Source of the DNA: an uncultured bacterium
GTDB taxonomy: Bacteria; Armatimonadota; Hebobacteria; CAIYQO01
Length of the DNA: 64,000 bases
Direction of reading: 5' to 3'
Assembly (NCBI GenBank): GCA_903928345.1
Contig: CAIYQO010000229.1
Span: forward strand, 1,351-65,350
Of the stretch, positions 48,825 to 58,996 are shown in pieces (position 1 is the stretch's first letter; each line of letters begins with the position of its first letter). The position numbers and the translations under genes are program-made. The notes under the pieces were generated by a model. That model did no database searches. It saw nothing but the letters and a program-made list of their open reading frames with translations, and was not told the DNA's origin.

Positions 48825-50156
48825 ATGACACATGCACGGAAGCGGGGAATCTTTTGGGGCGTACTGGGCGTTCTCACGGTACTGTGCCCCCTCTGCCTCT
48901 CCAATGTGCACCGCCTCGCGGCCCAGCCGAGTAGCGATATCAGTCCGCGCTGGCGGATCGCCAATGAACCCCCGGGAAATCCGCAGACGGCCACGGAAGC
49001 GCCGGCCAGCTTTAACCCCAACAATTACAACAATGGCCTGCTGTCCGACACGGATTTCCAGCAGGACAAGGTGTCATTCGAAACCGTCGAAACGGTGGCG
49101 GACGGCCTGGGGCCCACCTATAACGCCACGAGTTGCTGCGAGTGCCACGGCAACGTCATCACGGGCGGCGATAGTCAGGTTACCGAGGTGCGCTCGGTCC
49201 GGCTGACCGCGAAGGGGTACTTTGCCTCGCTGGGGGGTTCGATCATCCAGGCGCGCGCAACCTTTCCCGACATTGTCGAACATGTCGGCCCCACGGACAC
49301 GATCCGCGCCCAACGGAAATCCACGCCGGTCTTGGGCGATGGCTTTGTCGAGTGCATCGCCAATAACACCTTGCTGGCATTGAGCCAGGCTCAACCCGCG
49401 GTCATGCGCGGCCTGCCCGCCATCGTGCCGGTGCTGGAAGCGGACATCACCCCGATGACGATGCAAAACTTCACCCTGAGTAACGCCGTGCGCATCGGGC
49501 GCTTCGGCTGGAAGTGCCAGCACGCCAGCCTGGTGTCCTTTGCCAGCGACGCCTACCTGAACGAGATGGGCATTACCAACCCCCTGTTTCCCACCGAAAA
49601 CCTGTCCGATGGGCGGCTGGTGGACCATACCACCGCATACGATCCGGTGGCGGATCCCGAGGACAACGGCACTGATATCCAGGCCTTCGCGGCCTTCATG
49701 CGCGCGACCGACACGCCCGCGCGGGGTCCCATCACCAGCAGCGTGACGCGCGGGGAAACGCTCTTCACGCAGATCGGCTGCGCCGTCTGCCACACGCCCA
49801 CCATCGTCACTGCCCCCGCCGGCACCCTGATCAACGCGGGCGCCTTCACCGTGCCGACCAGCCTGGGCAACAAGAACATCCACCCCTACAGCGACTTCCT
49901 GCTCCACGACATCGGCACCGGCGATGGCATCCCTATCCAGCCCACGCCCGACTTCACCTACACCGCCAACGTGATGCGCACCGCCCCCCTCTGGGGCCTG
50001 CGCACCCGCAACCGCCTCTTCCACGACGCCCAACCGCTCACCTTAACGGAAGCCATCCAACGCCACAAAGCCCAGGCCCTCGCCGTCGCCGCCAACTACA
50101 ACCGCCTCACCGCCACCCAAAAACAATCCGTGCTGGACTTCCTGAACTCGCTATAG
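48825..50156 (+). CDS. Di-haem cytochrome c peroxidase-like protein (DUF1111 / thiol oxidoreductase family).
   Basis: Signal/TM segment, then two CxxCH haem motifs (CCECH and CAVCH). RBS AAGGAGAG before ATG 48825. Confidence 0.75.
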   Translation: MTHARKRGIFWGVLGVLTVLCPLCLSNVHRLAAQPSSDISPRWRIANEPPGNPQTATEAPASFNPNNYNNGLLSDTDFQQDKVSFETVETVADGLGPTYNATSCCECHGNVITGGDSQVTEVRSVRLTAKGYFASLGGSIIQARATFPDIVEHVGPTDTIRAQRKSTPVLGDGFVECIANNTLLALSQAQPAVMRGLPAIVPVLEADITPMTMQNFTLSNAVRIGRFGWKCQHASLVSFASDAYLNEMGITNPLFPTENLSDGRLVDHTTAYDPVADPEDNGTDIQAFAAFMRATDTPARGPITSSVTRGETLFTQIGCAVCHTPTIVTAPAGTLINAGAFTVPTSLGNKNIHPYSDFLLHDIGTGDGIPIQPTPDFTYTANVMRTAPLWGLRTRNRLFHDAQPLTLTEAIQRHKAQALAVAANYNRLTATQKQSVLDFLNSL

Positions 50157-50188
50157 GATGCCGGAATTTATAGGAACCGTTCCGTAAC

Positions 50189-50217
50189 GGTGACCTCAGC
50201 CCCGGGCTGAGGTCACC
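50189..50217 (+). terminator. Hairpin terminator downstream of the di-haem peroxidase-like gene.
   Basis: ggtgacctcagc cccggg gctgaggtcacc, a perfect 12-bp stem 30 nt after the stop codon. Confidence 0.5.
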
Positions 50218-50605
50218 GCCCGGCTCGACCGCAGACAAGCGTAAGTGGACCAGCACTGTGTGGAAGCTCGACGGCAGTCGCGCGCCCGGCCGGAAATGAT
50301 AGTGCCCAGATCCGACAACATGTTACCGCAGACTTCAGCCTCAGAAAAGATCAGCTGGCCAATTCTGGCCCAACAGTTTACGCGAGAAGGAGGACAAGGA
50401 ATTCGTGCCGATCCTATAGAACTCTACCCAAACCGACAGGCCACGGCGACACCTGCCAGCAGATCAATGCACCAACAGGTCTATGCAGAGATAGACAACT
50501 AATTAAAACGCTATAATTGGTTGTCTTCCCCCAGATTACCTGTTCGAGCGACGTTGTATGCGCCTAAATGGTGCGGTATACCGATCTATTGGAAGGATGG
50601 TACCC

Positions 50606-51664
50606 ATGAACGACATCATTTGTAAGCGTGTAGTAATCTTGTTCCTCTTGTTGTCTCCCATTTTTGCGGCGATGACCTGCGCACAAACGATCGCGTATAG
50701 CCTGGACTCACAAATATGGGGCATGGATATGCACACACGACATAAATTTCTGCTCATCAACCCCCCAGGTGTGCTCCGTGAATCGATTGGCGCTCCCGCA
50801 TGGTTTCCTGACGGGAAAAAGATTGCCGCGGTGATTGATGGAGACATCTGGCTTGCCGATGTCCCGTCCAAACAAAGCCACATACTGGTTCGCGCTGACA
50901 ATAAACCGTGTATTGGCATTCCTGCATGGTCAAAAGATGGGAAGTCGCTGTATGTTGGCCGATTAAAGAATATCGAAAGTGATGGCGATGGTGGGTTGTG
51001 GCAGTTTAATGTGCGGGATGGGAAATCTCATATCGTAATTCAACCAGAAGACGTGGATTTGCCTATACATAATTATCCACTGGTTTCTGCGGACGGTCAT
51101 TATCTGATTTCGAGCGGAATGATAGACGGCGTCGCATCTTTTTACGCCATTGACTTTAAATCGAATACGCCGATAAAACTCCCGAATCAGCAAGTCTCTA
51201 ACTTTGTCACATGCTATGCATTCGATAAATCCTGTAAAATGCTTATTCTCGGAGAATATGCTGGCGATGGCCTGATGGGGAAAGGGCCGGGTGGCGTATG
51301 GCGGTGGGACCTTACCACCAATAGATGCTCGCCATTGTCGTTAAAAGGCCAGTCAATAGAAGAAATGTCTATCAGCCCGAATGGAAAACACATGATAATA
51401 CGTATTCAAAGTATCGTACGAGGAATAGAGAGACAATCGTCCTATCTCGCTACTACAACGGGAACGAAAGTGGCAAAGATCAAAGTGCCCGGCGATATGA
51501 GCCAAATTACCTGGTTGGATAACGACACCTTTGTCGCTGATAATGCACCCACAGGAGATCCAGATCACACGAATATCATTCGTTACAACACACGTACCGG
51601 CAAATCGCGTGTGCTGGTCAAAGGGGGGTATGGTGTCGCAGTCACCGGTGTCCGTGCGCATTGA
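50606..51664 (+). CDS. TolB-like / PD40 (WD40-like) beta-propeller periplasmic protein, encoded in an AT-shifted island.
   Basis: Signal peptide MNDIICKRVVILFLLLSPIFAAMTCA. PD40-like repeats (WFPDGKKIAAV, AWSKDGKSLYV, ISPNGKHMII). Local GC about 47% versus about 68% in the flanks. RBS GGAAGGA. Confidence 0.65.
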   Translation: MNDIICKRVVILFLLLSPIFAAMTCAQTIAYSLDSQIWGMDMHTRHKFLLINPPGVLRESIGAPAWFPDGKKIAAVIDGDIWLADVPSKQSHILVRADNKPCIGIPAWSKDGKSLYVGRLKNIESDGDGGLWQFNVRDGKSHIVIQPEDVDLPIHNYPLVSADGHYLISSGMIDGVASFYAIDFKSNTPIKLPNQQVSNFVTCYAFDKSCKMLILGEYAGDGLMGKGPGGVWRWDLTTNRCSPLSLKGQSIEEMSISPNGKHMIIRIQSIVRGIERQSSYLATTTGTKVAKIKVPGDMSQITWLDNDTFVADNAPTGDPDHTNIIRYNTRTGKSRVLVKGGYGVAVTGVRAH

Positions 51665-51791
51665 AGGCTCATGGGGCATGTCACCACCTACAAACCAAAC
51701 ACAACCACTTATATATTCTTACCCCACAAATGCCACTTTTCCTCACCCCCGCATCGTTGACGCCGCCCGCCCCATCTGCTACGCTACCGGC

Positions 51792-52652
51792 ATGGCGCTG
51801 ACACTCCTGAACGGCATGGCTGACCCCGACTTCCCCACCGCCTTGCGCGTGCATCAGGCGTGGGGGCTGCCCGTGCTGGACTTGAAGGACGGCATCTTCG
51901 GCAAGTACATCCTCGACCTTACCGACGACGAGGCCGCGCGTGCCGCCGACCTGGCCGCCGCCCACGGACTGACCGTCTATTGCCTCTCCACCACCCTCTT
52001 CCACGCCGCGGTGGAGGAGGGCGAGGCGGCCTTCCGCGCGGCGGCGCTGGCACCGGTGGACCGCGCCATCGCCGTGGGGCGCGCGCTGCAACCGCGCCTG
52101 ATTCGCCTGCTGGCGCCGCAGCTCCGCGCCCGCGCCGCGGTGGCCGACGGCGTATCCCACGTGCAGGCGCACCACCCCTGGCTGCTGCCCCTCTACCGCG
52201 AAGCCATCGACCGCCTGCAGGCCGCCGGCTTCCACGTGACCATCGAGAACGAGTGCGGCCAGTGCCTGCTGGGCTGCGCCGACGAAGCGCTGGCCTTTTT
52301 CGCCGCCCTCGACCGCCACAACGTGGGCTTCACCTGGGACATCCAGAACATGTGGGAGGTCGGCGCCGTGCCCACCCTCGACGCCTACACCGCCCTGCGC
52401 CCCCTGCTGGACTACGTGCACCTGAAGGGCGGGCAAAGCGACGGCGGCACCCGCCTGCGCTGGGCGAGCGCGCTGGAGGATGCCTCCTGGCCGGGGCTCG
52501 CCATCACCCGCCGCGTGGTGGCCGACGGCGTCAGCCCGGTGGTCTGCCTCAACCCCTCCCACGGCGCGCGCAAGCCGGGGTACGACTACGCCGACGTGAC
52601 GACGCGCGACCTGGCCTTCCTGCGCCGCGAGATTCCGGAGATCGACCGATGA
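51792..52652 (+). CDS. Sugar phosphate isomerase/epimerase (xylose-isomerase-like TIM barrel). Start uncertain.
   Basis: TIM-barrel family features (...[13 protein letters not shown]...YVHLKGGQ...). The N-terminal part of the ORF (from 51531) runs through the AT-rich junction. I picked ATG 51792, where GC composition returns to the genome average. Confidence 0.6.
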   Translation: MALTLLNGMADPDFPTALRVHQAWGLPVLDLKDGIFGKYILDLTDDEAARAADLAAAHGLTVYCLSTTLFHAAVEEGEAAFRAAALAPVDRAIAVGRALQPRLIRLLAPQLRARAAVADGVSHVQAHHPWLLPLYREAIDRLQAAGFHVTIENECGQCLLGCADEALAFFAALDRHNVGFTWDIQNMWEVGAVPTLDAYTALRPLLDYVHLKGGQSDGGTRLRWASALEDASWPGLAITRRVVADGVSPVVCLNPSHGARKPGYDYADVTTRDLAFLRREIPEIDR

Positions 52653-53719
52653 GCTACCAGCGCGACTTCCCCCGCCGCCTCAACGTGGCGCTGATCGGCG
52701 CGGGCTCCCACGCCTACCGCAACCTCCTCCCCGCGCTGACCTTCCTGCCCGTCACCCTGCGCGCGGTGTGCGACCTGGACGCCGCCCGTGCCGAGGCTAC
52801 CGCCCGCCAGTATGGCGCCGTACCCTACACCGACACCCGCGAGCTGTACGCCCGCGAGCGGCTGGACGCCGTGCTGCTCTGCGTCGGCCCCGGGCAACAC
52901 CCGGCGCTCGCGATGGACGCCTTCGCCGCCGGGCTGCACGTGTGGCTGGAGAAGCCGCCCGCCTTCCGCGCCGCCGAGGTGGCCGACATGCTGGCCGCAC
53001 GCGGCGACCGGGTGGCGGTGGTGGGCTTCAAGAAGGCCTTCATGCCCGCCACCGACAAGGCGTTGGAGTTCGCGCGCGACTTCGGCCCGCTGCGCAGCCT
53101 GCTCGCCGTCTACCCGATGAGCATCCCGACGGACGGCGCCACGGTGCTGCGCGAGCAGCACTTCACCAACTGGCTGGGCAACGGCTGCCACCCGCTCTCC
53201 TTCCTCCTCGCCGTGGGCGGGCCCGTCGTGGCCGTCACCGTGCACCGCGGCGCGCGCGGGGGCGGCGCCTGCGTGCTGGAGCACCGCGACGGCGCCGTGA
53301 GCACCCTGCACCTGGCCGACGGCGGCAACGGCACGCAACCGCTGGAGCGCTACACCTTGTTCGGGGAAAACGCGCACCTGGAGATCGAGAACGCGGGCCG
53401 CGTCACCCTGCAGCGCGGCATCCCCTTCGACTACGGCGTCACCACCACCTACGCGCCCCCCGGCACCGACAGCGGCGCCGTGGTGTGGGAAGCGCAGAAC
53501 ATGCTCGGGACGCTGGAAAACATGGCCCTCTTCACGCAAGGCATGTACGCCGAACTGCGCCACTTCTGCGACAGCGTGCTGGAAGGCCGCCCCGCCACCC
53601 GCGGCACCCTGGAGTTCGCCCTACACGTCATGCACGTCTACGAAGCCGCGCTGCTGTCGGAGGGCGGGCGGGTGGAAGTCGACGAAACCACAGATTTCAC
53701 AGATTTGCACAGAGTGTAG
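52649..53719 (+). CDS. Gfo/Idh/MocA family oxidoreductase.
   Basis: [15 protein letters not shown] Rossmann N-terminus, then EKPPA. ATG overlaps the upstream stop (ATGA). The last 10 or so codons are encoded by a cacagat-repeat element. Confidence 0.75.
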   Translation: MSYQRDFPRRLNVALIGAGSHAYRNLLPALTFLPVTLRAVCDLDAARAEATARQYGAVPYTDTRELYARERLDAVLLCVGPGQHPALAMDAFAAGLHVWLEKPPAFRAAEVADMLAARGDRVAVVGFKKAFMPATDKALEFARDFGPLRSLLAVYPMSIPTDGATVLREQHFTNWLGNGCHPLSFLLAVGGPVVAVTVHRGARGGGACVLEHRDGAVSTLHLADGGNGTQPLERYTLFGENAHLEIENAGRVTLQRGIPFDYGVTTTYAPPGTDSGAVVWEAQNMLGTLENMALFTQGMYAELRHFCDSVLEGRPATRGTLEFALHVMHVYEAALLSEGGRVEVDETTDFTDLHRV

Positions 53720-53765
53720 GGCCGGGTGGAAAGGCGACGATAGCGCTGGTTTGCTCTTGGTCACA

Positions 53766-53928
53766 CGTAAGAAAACCGCAAAGGCGCAAAGGACGCAAAG
53801 GAGACCGCAAAGATATTTTTCGATTTCGCACCGAGAAGGTTGCATTCGGTCACGGCGAACTGCCCAGACCCTACCCTCTTCTCTTTGCACGTCCTTTGTG
53901 TCCTTTGCGTCTTTGCGGTTTTCTTGCG
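53766..53928. repeat. Palindromic element with CGCAAAGG tandem motifs (family R-D), copy 1.
   Basis: gtaagaaaaccgcaaaggcgcaaaggacgcaaaggagaccgcaaag ... ctctttgcacgtcctttgtgtcctttgcgtctttgcggttttcttgc. The arms are inverted. Confidence 0.8.
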
Positions 53929-54031
53929 GAAATTTTGGGCACGAAGCGCCCATGGATGGCTGTGTGGAACAGGGCGCGAGCCCGGCTCGACCATACCAGC
54001 CGCCTGAATCCTGAATCTCGAAGGAGCAACC

Positions 54032-54391
54032 ATGCCTGCCAAAGTGATGACGCCCGAGGCGTATGCCGTTGACGTGACCCCGTGGGGGTCGCTGACCTGG
54101 TTCGTGAGCAAGGCGCTGGGGAATTCGGACACCCTGACCGTGGGGCGCTGCCTCATCCACCCGGGGTGCGCCAACCCGGTGCATGTGCACCCCAACTGCG
54201 ACGAAGTGCTGCACGTGCTGCAGGGGCGCGTCCGTCACAGCATGGGCGACGCCCACGCGGTGGAGATGGCCGTCGGCGACACGATCTCGGTGCCGATGGG
54301 GTTGGCGCACAACGCGACGAACATCGGCGACGAGGACGCGATCTGCCTCATCTCCTTCTCCTCGGCGGAGCGCAAAACGCTCAATGAGTAG
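54032..54391 (+). CDS. Cupin domain protein.
   Basis: Cupin motifs HVHPNCDEVLHVLQGR and GDTISVPMGLAHNATN. Confidence 0.65.
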   Translation: MPAKVMTPEAYAVDVTPWGSLTWFVSKALGNSDTLTVGRCLIHPGCANPVHVHPNCDEVLHVLQGRVRHSMGDAHAVEMAVGDTISVPMGLAHNATNIGDEDAICLISFSSAERKTLNE

Positions 54392-54854
54392 GACGGGTTA
54401 CCTCGCCGAGATTCGGGAGATAGTCGGCCACTATCCGCTGATCGGCATCGGTGCCACGGTGGTCGTCACCGACGACGCCGGGGCGGTGCTGCTGCAGTTG
54501 CGCTCCGACTTCGGCACCTGGGGCCTGCCCGGCGGCGCGATGGAGCCCGGCGAAACGCTGGAGGAAACCGCCCGCCGCGAGCTGTACGAGGAGACGGGCC
54601 TGCACGCCGGCCCGTTGCGCCTGCTCGGGGTGCTCTCCGGCCCGGAGTACTTCATCACCTACCCCAACGGCGACCAACTGCACTCGGTGTTCGTGCTCTA
54701 CCACGCGGAGACGGTCACTGGCGCGTTGCAGATGACCGACGGCGAAAGCCTCGCCCTCGCCTACTACCCGCTGGACGCGCTCCCCCCGCTGGACCCGCGC
54801 GTGGTACCGCTGGTGGCGTTCCTCAAAGAGCACCTGCAAGCCCACCACGTGTAA
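54384..54854 (+). CDS. NUDIX hydrolase.
   Basis: Nudix box GGAMEPGETLEETARRELYEETGL. Start overlaps the cupin gene stop by 8 nt. Confidence 0.75.
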   Translation: MSRTGYLAEIREIVGHYPLIGIGATVVVTDDAGAVLLQLRSDFGTWGLPGGAMEPGETLEETARRELYEETGLHAGPLRLLGVLSGPEYFITYPNGDQLHSVFVLYHAETVTGALQMTDGESLALAYYPLDALPPLDPRVVPLVAFLKEHLQAHHV

Positions 54855-55005
54855 AAGAAATGACCATTTCTTTACATGACGACCGTCTCATGTTAAAAAA
54901 TCCCCGTTTCTTTAACATGAGGCCCGTCTCCACCCTTCACCTTGTCACGCCGCGCGTCTGCCTGTATGATACGTTGACGCTAGTTATCGCCGGGAAAGGA
55001 TTACC

Positions 55006-56340
55006 GTGAGCGAGTTGACGGAGCACGCCCCCCCCGAGACAAAGCCACACATGTCGTCGTGGCGGCAAATGGCGCTCAGCCTGTATTGGTTCGCCGTGCA
55101 GGCGCAGTGGGCCACCATCCTCATCATCCTGCTGCCCGCGCAGGCGGCGAAGATCGGCGGCGAGGCCAACAAGGGCGGCACGCTGGGGATCATCCTTCTC
55201 GTCGGCGCCCTCGTCTCCATGGTCGCCGCACCCTTTGTCGGTGCGTGGAGCGACCGCGTGCGCACCCGCTGGGGACGCCGCAAACCCTTCATCGTGTGGG
55301 GTACGCTGGGCAACATCATCGGGCTGCTGGTGCTGGCGCGCATCCCCGCGGTGCCCGGCGCACTGCTGCCCTTCATCCTCGCCTTTGCATGGCTCGAACT
55401 GTTGAGCAACCTGGCCGCCGCGCCGTATTCCGCCCTCATCCCCGACGTGGTGCCCGTCGCGCAGCGCGGCGCGGCGAGCGGGTGGATGGGGTTGATGATG
55501 ATGCTCGGGAACCTGGCGGGCATCGCCTGCGGGTTGTTCGCCAAGCAACTCGGCGGCGACCAGGGGGCCTATATCCTCCTCGCCGTGCTGCTGCTGCTGG
55601 GCATGTTGAGCACCGTCTTCTTCGTGCAGGAACCGGAGCCCCCCGCGGTGCCGCCCTTCTCGCTGCGCGAGTTCGGGCGCGGGATGCTGGAGCCCTTCGC
55701 CGCCTTCGACTTCCGCTGGGTCTTCCTCACCCGCTTCCTGGTGATGCTCGGGACCTTCACCGTGCAGGAATTACTGCAATACTACATGCGCGACATCATC
55801 GCCGGGGGCAAGGAAGTCTTCACTTACCTGCACAGCTTCCTTGGCCAGCCGGTGATCGATGCCAAGGGTGCCGCCGCCGTCTTCTCGCTCATGCTCCTCC
55901 TCGGCGCGGTGCTCAGCACCTTCTTCGCCGGCTCGCTCTCCGACCGCTACGGGCGCAAGCTGATGGTGTACCTCAGCGGCGCGATGCAGGGCGGGGCGAC
56001 GATCATCCTGCTCTTCATCGGGCAGTACCAGCTCGCGCTGCTGCTCGGGTTGCTCTTCGGCATCGGCTACGGCGCGTATCAAGCGGTGGACTGGGCGCTG
56101 GTCACCGACGTGTTGCCCCATGCCGAGGACAACGCCAAGGACATGGGAGTATGGCACATCGCCGTCACCCTGCCGCAGGTCATCGCCACGCCCATCGCCG
56201 GACTGCTGCTCGACAAGGGGCAGCACTTCGGGCAGGCGCACGGCGCGCCCAACCTGGGCTACACGGTGGTCTTTGTCATCGCCTTCGTCTATTTCCTCCT
56301 CGGCACCGTGCTGGTGCGGAAAATTAAAGGGGCACGCTGA
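55006..56340 (+). CDS. lplT: MFS transporter, lysophospholipid transporter LplT-like.
   Basis: 12-TM MFS protein immediately upstream of, and translationally adjacent to, an Aas-like gene, as in the E. coli lplT-aas operon. GTG start with RBS AAAGGA. The functional call rests on synteny. Confidence 0.65.
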   Translation: MSELTEHAPPETKPHMSSWRQMALSLYWFAVQAQWATILIILLPAQAAKIGGEANKGGTLGIILLVGALVSMVAAPFVGAWSDRVRTRWGRRKPFIVWGTLGNIIGLLVLARIPAVPGALLPFILAFAWLELLSNLAAAPYSALIPDVVPVAQRGAASGWMGLMMMLGNLAGIACGLFAKQLGGDQGAYILLAVLLLLGMLSTVFFVQEPEPPAVPPFSLREFGRGMLEPFAAFDFRWVFLTRFLVMLGTFTVQELLQYYMRDIIAGGKEVFTYLHSFLGQPVIDAKGAAAVFSLMLLLGAVLSTFFAGSLSDRYGRKLMVYLSGAMQGGATIILLFIGQYQLALLLGLLFGIGYGAYQAVDWALVTDVLPHAEDNAKDMGVWHIAVTLPQVIATPIAGLLLDKGQHFGQAHGAPNLGYTVVFVIAFVYFLLGTVLVRKIKGAR

Positions 56341-56342
56341 CC

Positions 56343-58994
56343 ATGCTGAAGTGGTTCTTCCGCATCTTCGCGTCATGGGCGCTGCGACGCCGGTACCGTA
56401 TAGAGATCACCGGCCTGGAGGAGATCCGCGCGCACGGCACGCGCGGGGTGATCTTCCTGCCCTGCCATCCCGCCTTCATCGACCCGGTGATCGTCTTCAC
56501 CACGCTGATGAAGGACTTCATGCCGCACACCATCGCGGATTCCAACGCGGTGGCGGCGCCGGGCATCAAGCAGCTCACCGCGCATTTCGGCGTGCGCACC
56601 ATCCCCTCGGTGGCACGCTACGGCGAGGCCGCGCGCGCGGAAGTGCAGCGCGTGCTGGAATCCGTCGGCCAGGAGCTGGAAGCGGGCGAGAACGTGCTGC
56701 TCTACCCCAGCGGGCGCCTGATGAGTTCGAACCAGGAAGCCGTGGGCGCCAACAGCGCGGTGGAGACGATCCTGCGCCACGCCCCCCACGCCCGCGTGGT
56801 GCTGCTGCGCACGCGCGGCCTGTGGGGCAGCAGCTTCAGCACCGCGCCCTACAACGGGCTGGAGCCCAGCCTGCCCGGGCAACTGCTGCGCGGCGTCGGC
56901 GTGGTGCTCGCCAACCTTTTCGCCTTCACCCCCCGGCGCCGCGTGACGCTGGAGTTCGCCGAACCCGCCGACCTGCCGCGCGACGCCGACCGGGCGACGA
57001 TGAACCGCTATATTGAAGCGTTCTACAACGTCGAACCGCTGCCGCGCAACACCTACGTGCCATATTACTGGTGGCAGGGATCGACTCCACAGGAGCGCCC
57101 CGAGCCGCAGCGCGGCATCGCCGCCGGCGACCTGTCGGTGGTGCCGTCCGCCACACGGACCATCGTCACCGAGTACCTGCGGAAGGCGAGCGGGCTGACG
57201 GTCATCCGCGACGACGCGGAGCTGGCGCGTGACCTGAACCTGGACAGCCTGGCGCGCGCGGAATTGCTCGTCTGGCTGGAGGGCGAGTTCGGCTCCGCCC
57301 CGGCAAACACCGACGCGCTGCGCTCGGTGGCCGACGTGCTGCTGGCCGCCAGCGGCGAAGCGGTGGGCGGCGGCGACGATTTCGTGCGCATCACCCCGCC
57401 GGAGAAGTTCTTCGCCGGCACCTCCGCGCGCCGTGTGCAGGTGCCCGACGCCGCCACGGTGACGGAAGCCTTCCTGCGCCAGGCCGCCGCGCACCCGGAT
57501 CAGCCCATCATAGCTGATCAGAGCAGCGGCGTGAAGACGTACCGCGACCTGATCACCGGCATCTTCGCGCTCCTCCCCGCGGTGCGCGCGCTGCCCGGCG
57601 ACGCGGTGGGCATCATGCTCCCCGCCTCGGTGGCGGCGAACCTGGTCTACCTCACCGGGCTCTTTGCCGGCAAAACGCCGGTGATGATCAACTGGACGGT
57701 GGGGGCGCGCACCCTGCAGCACACGCTGACGCAGACGGGCACGCAGCGCATCCTCACCGCGCAGGCGCTGCTGGCGAAACTGGGCACGCAGGGGATCGAC
57801 CTCGGCCCGCTGCAGGACGCCTTTGTGCCGTTGGAGACGCTGGCGGCGGGGCTCTCGACGGGCACCAAGCTGCGCGCGGCGCTGGCCGCACGGCTGAGCT
57901 GGGGCGCGCTGTGGCGCGCGCCGGTGGGACCGACGGCCGCCATCCTCTCCACCAGCGGTTCGGAAAGCCTGCCCAAGGCGGTGCCGCTCACCCACGCCAA
58001 CGTGCTCACGAACCTGCGCGACGTGCTCTCCCGCATCGAGTTGACGGATAACGACCGCCTGCTCGGGATGCTGCCGCCCTTCCACTCCTTCGGCCTCACC
58101 GCCAACATGCTCTTCGCGCTCTGCGCCGGCATGCGCACGGCCTATCATACCAACCCCACCGAGGGCGCGCTGCTGGCGCGGCTCATTGCCGCCTACCGTG
58201 TCACGTTGCTCCTCGGCACGCCCACCTTCCTGTACGGCATCCTGCGCGCCGCCACGCCGGAGCAGCTCGCCACGCTGCGCCTGGCCGTCACCGGCGCCGA
58301 GGAGTGCCCGCCGCGCGTTTATGCCACCCTCGCCGAGTGCGCCCCGCAGGCGGCCGTGCTCGAAGGCTACGGCATCACCGAAGGCTCACCCATTGTGGCA
58401 CTGAACGATTACGACCACCCGAAGCCCGGCACCATCGGTCGCGTGCTGCCCTCGCTGCAATACGCCATCGTGGACGTGGAGACGAACGCCGCCACCGCGC
58501 CGGGCGCCCAGGGCATGTTGCTGCTGCGCGGCCCGAGCATTTTCGGCGGTTACCTGGGCGACGCGCCGTCGCCCTTTGTGGAGTATCAGGGCGCGCAATG
58601 GTACCGCACCGGCGACCTGGTAACGGAGGACGCCGACGGCATCCTCACCTTCCGCGGCCGGCTGAAGCGCTTCGTGAAGATCGGCGGCGAGATGATCTCC
58701 CTGCCTGCCATCGAGGCGGTGCTGCAGACGCTGGCCGCCCCCGCCACCGAGGAGGAAGGCCCTTCCATCGCCGTGGTGGCCACCGAGAACGCCGAACGCC
58801 CCGAGCTGGTGCTCTTCACCACCCGCCCCATCACCCGCGACGCCGCCAACGCCCACCTGCGCGACGCCGGCCTCAGCGGCCTCTCCAACCTCCGCCGCGT
58901 CATCCCGGTAGAGACCATCCCCGTCCTCGGCACGGGGAAGACGGATTACCGGGCGCTGCAGGGGCGGCTGGCGACGGAAGTGTCTGAGGGATAA
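56343..58994 (+). CDS. aas: Aas-like tri-domain protein: PlsC-type acyltransferase, embedded carrier-protein (PP-binding) domain, and acyl-ACP synthetase (AMP-binding).
   Basis: HX4D acyltransferase motif FLPCHPAFIDP. PP-binding signature DLNLDSLARAELLVWLE. C-terminal AMP-binding domain (ILSTSGSESLPKAVPLTHANV, TGDLV, GRLKRFVKIGGEMI). Confidence 0.8.
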   Translation: MLKWFFRIFASWALRRRYRIEITGLEEIRAHGTRGVIFLPCHPAFIDPVIVFTTLMKDFMPHTIADSNAVAAPGIKQLTAHFGVRTIPSVARYGEAARAEVQRVLESVGQELEAGENVLLYPSGRLMSSNQEAVGANSAVETILRHAPHARVVLLRTRGLWGSSFSTAPYNGLEPSLPGQLLRGVGVVLANLFAFTPRRRVTLEFAEPADLPRDADRATMNRYIEAFYNVEPLPRNTYVPYYWWQGSTPQERPEPQRGIAAGDLSVVPSATRTIVTEYLRKASGLTVIRDDAELARDLNLDSLARAELLVWLEGEFGSAPANTDALRSVADVLLAASGEAVGGGDDFVRITPPEKFFAGTSARRVQVPDAATVTEAFLRQAAAHPDQPIIADQSSGVKTYRDLITGIFALLPAVRALPGDAVGIMLPASVAANLVYLTGLFAGKTPVMINWTVGARTLQHTLTQTGTQRILTAQALLAKLGTQGIDLGPLQDAFVPLETLAAGLSTGTKLRAALAARLSWGALWRAPVGPTAAILSTSGSESLPKAVPLTHANVLTNLRDVLSRIELTDNDRLLGMLPPFHSFGLTANMLFALCAGMRTAYHTNPTEGALLARLIAAYRVTLLLGTPTFLYGILRAATPEQLATLRLAVTGAEECPPRVYATLAECAPQAAVLEGYGITEGSPIVALNDYDHPKPGTIGRVLPSLQYAIVDVETNAATAPGAQGMLLLRGPSIFGGYLGDAPSPFVEYQGAQWYRTGDLVTEDADGILTFRGRLKRFVKIGGEMISLPAIEAVLQTLAAPATEEEGPSIAVVATENAERPELVLFTTRPITRDAANAHLRDAGLSGLSNLRRVIPVETIPVLGTGKTDYRALQGRLATEVSEG

Positions 58995-58996
58995 TC

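Noticed and set aside
51531-51791. N-terminal 87 codons of the sugar-phosphate isomerase ORF.
   Set aside because: This part overlaps the AT-rich island and the 3' end of the TolB-like gene region. It has a different composition and no family-conserved residues. It is probably read-through upstream of the true start, although an alternative start near 51678 cannot be excluded.
56373-58148. 591-aa minus-strand ORF opposite aas, and similar long antisense ORFs opposite hdrA, mvhA, hypF and the Wzx gene.
   Set aside because: All oppose genes with strong motif support. In 68% GC DNA, long stop-free antisense frames are expected.
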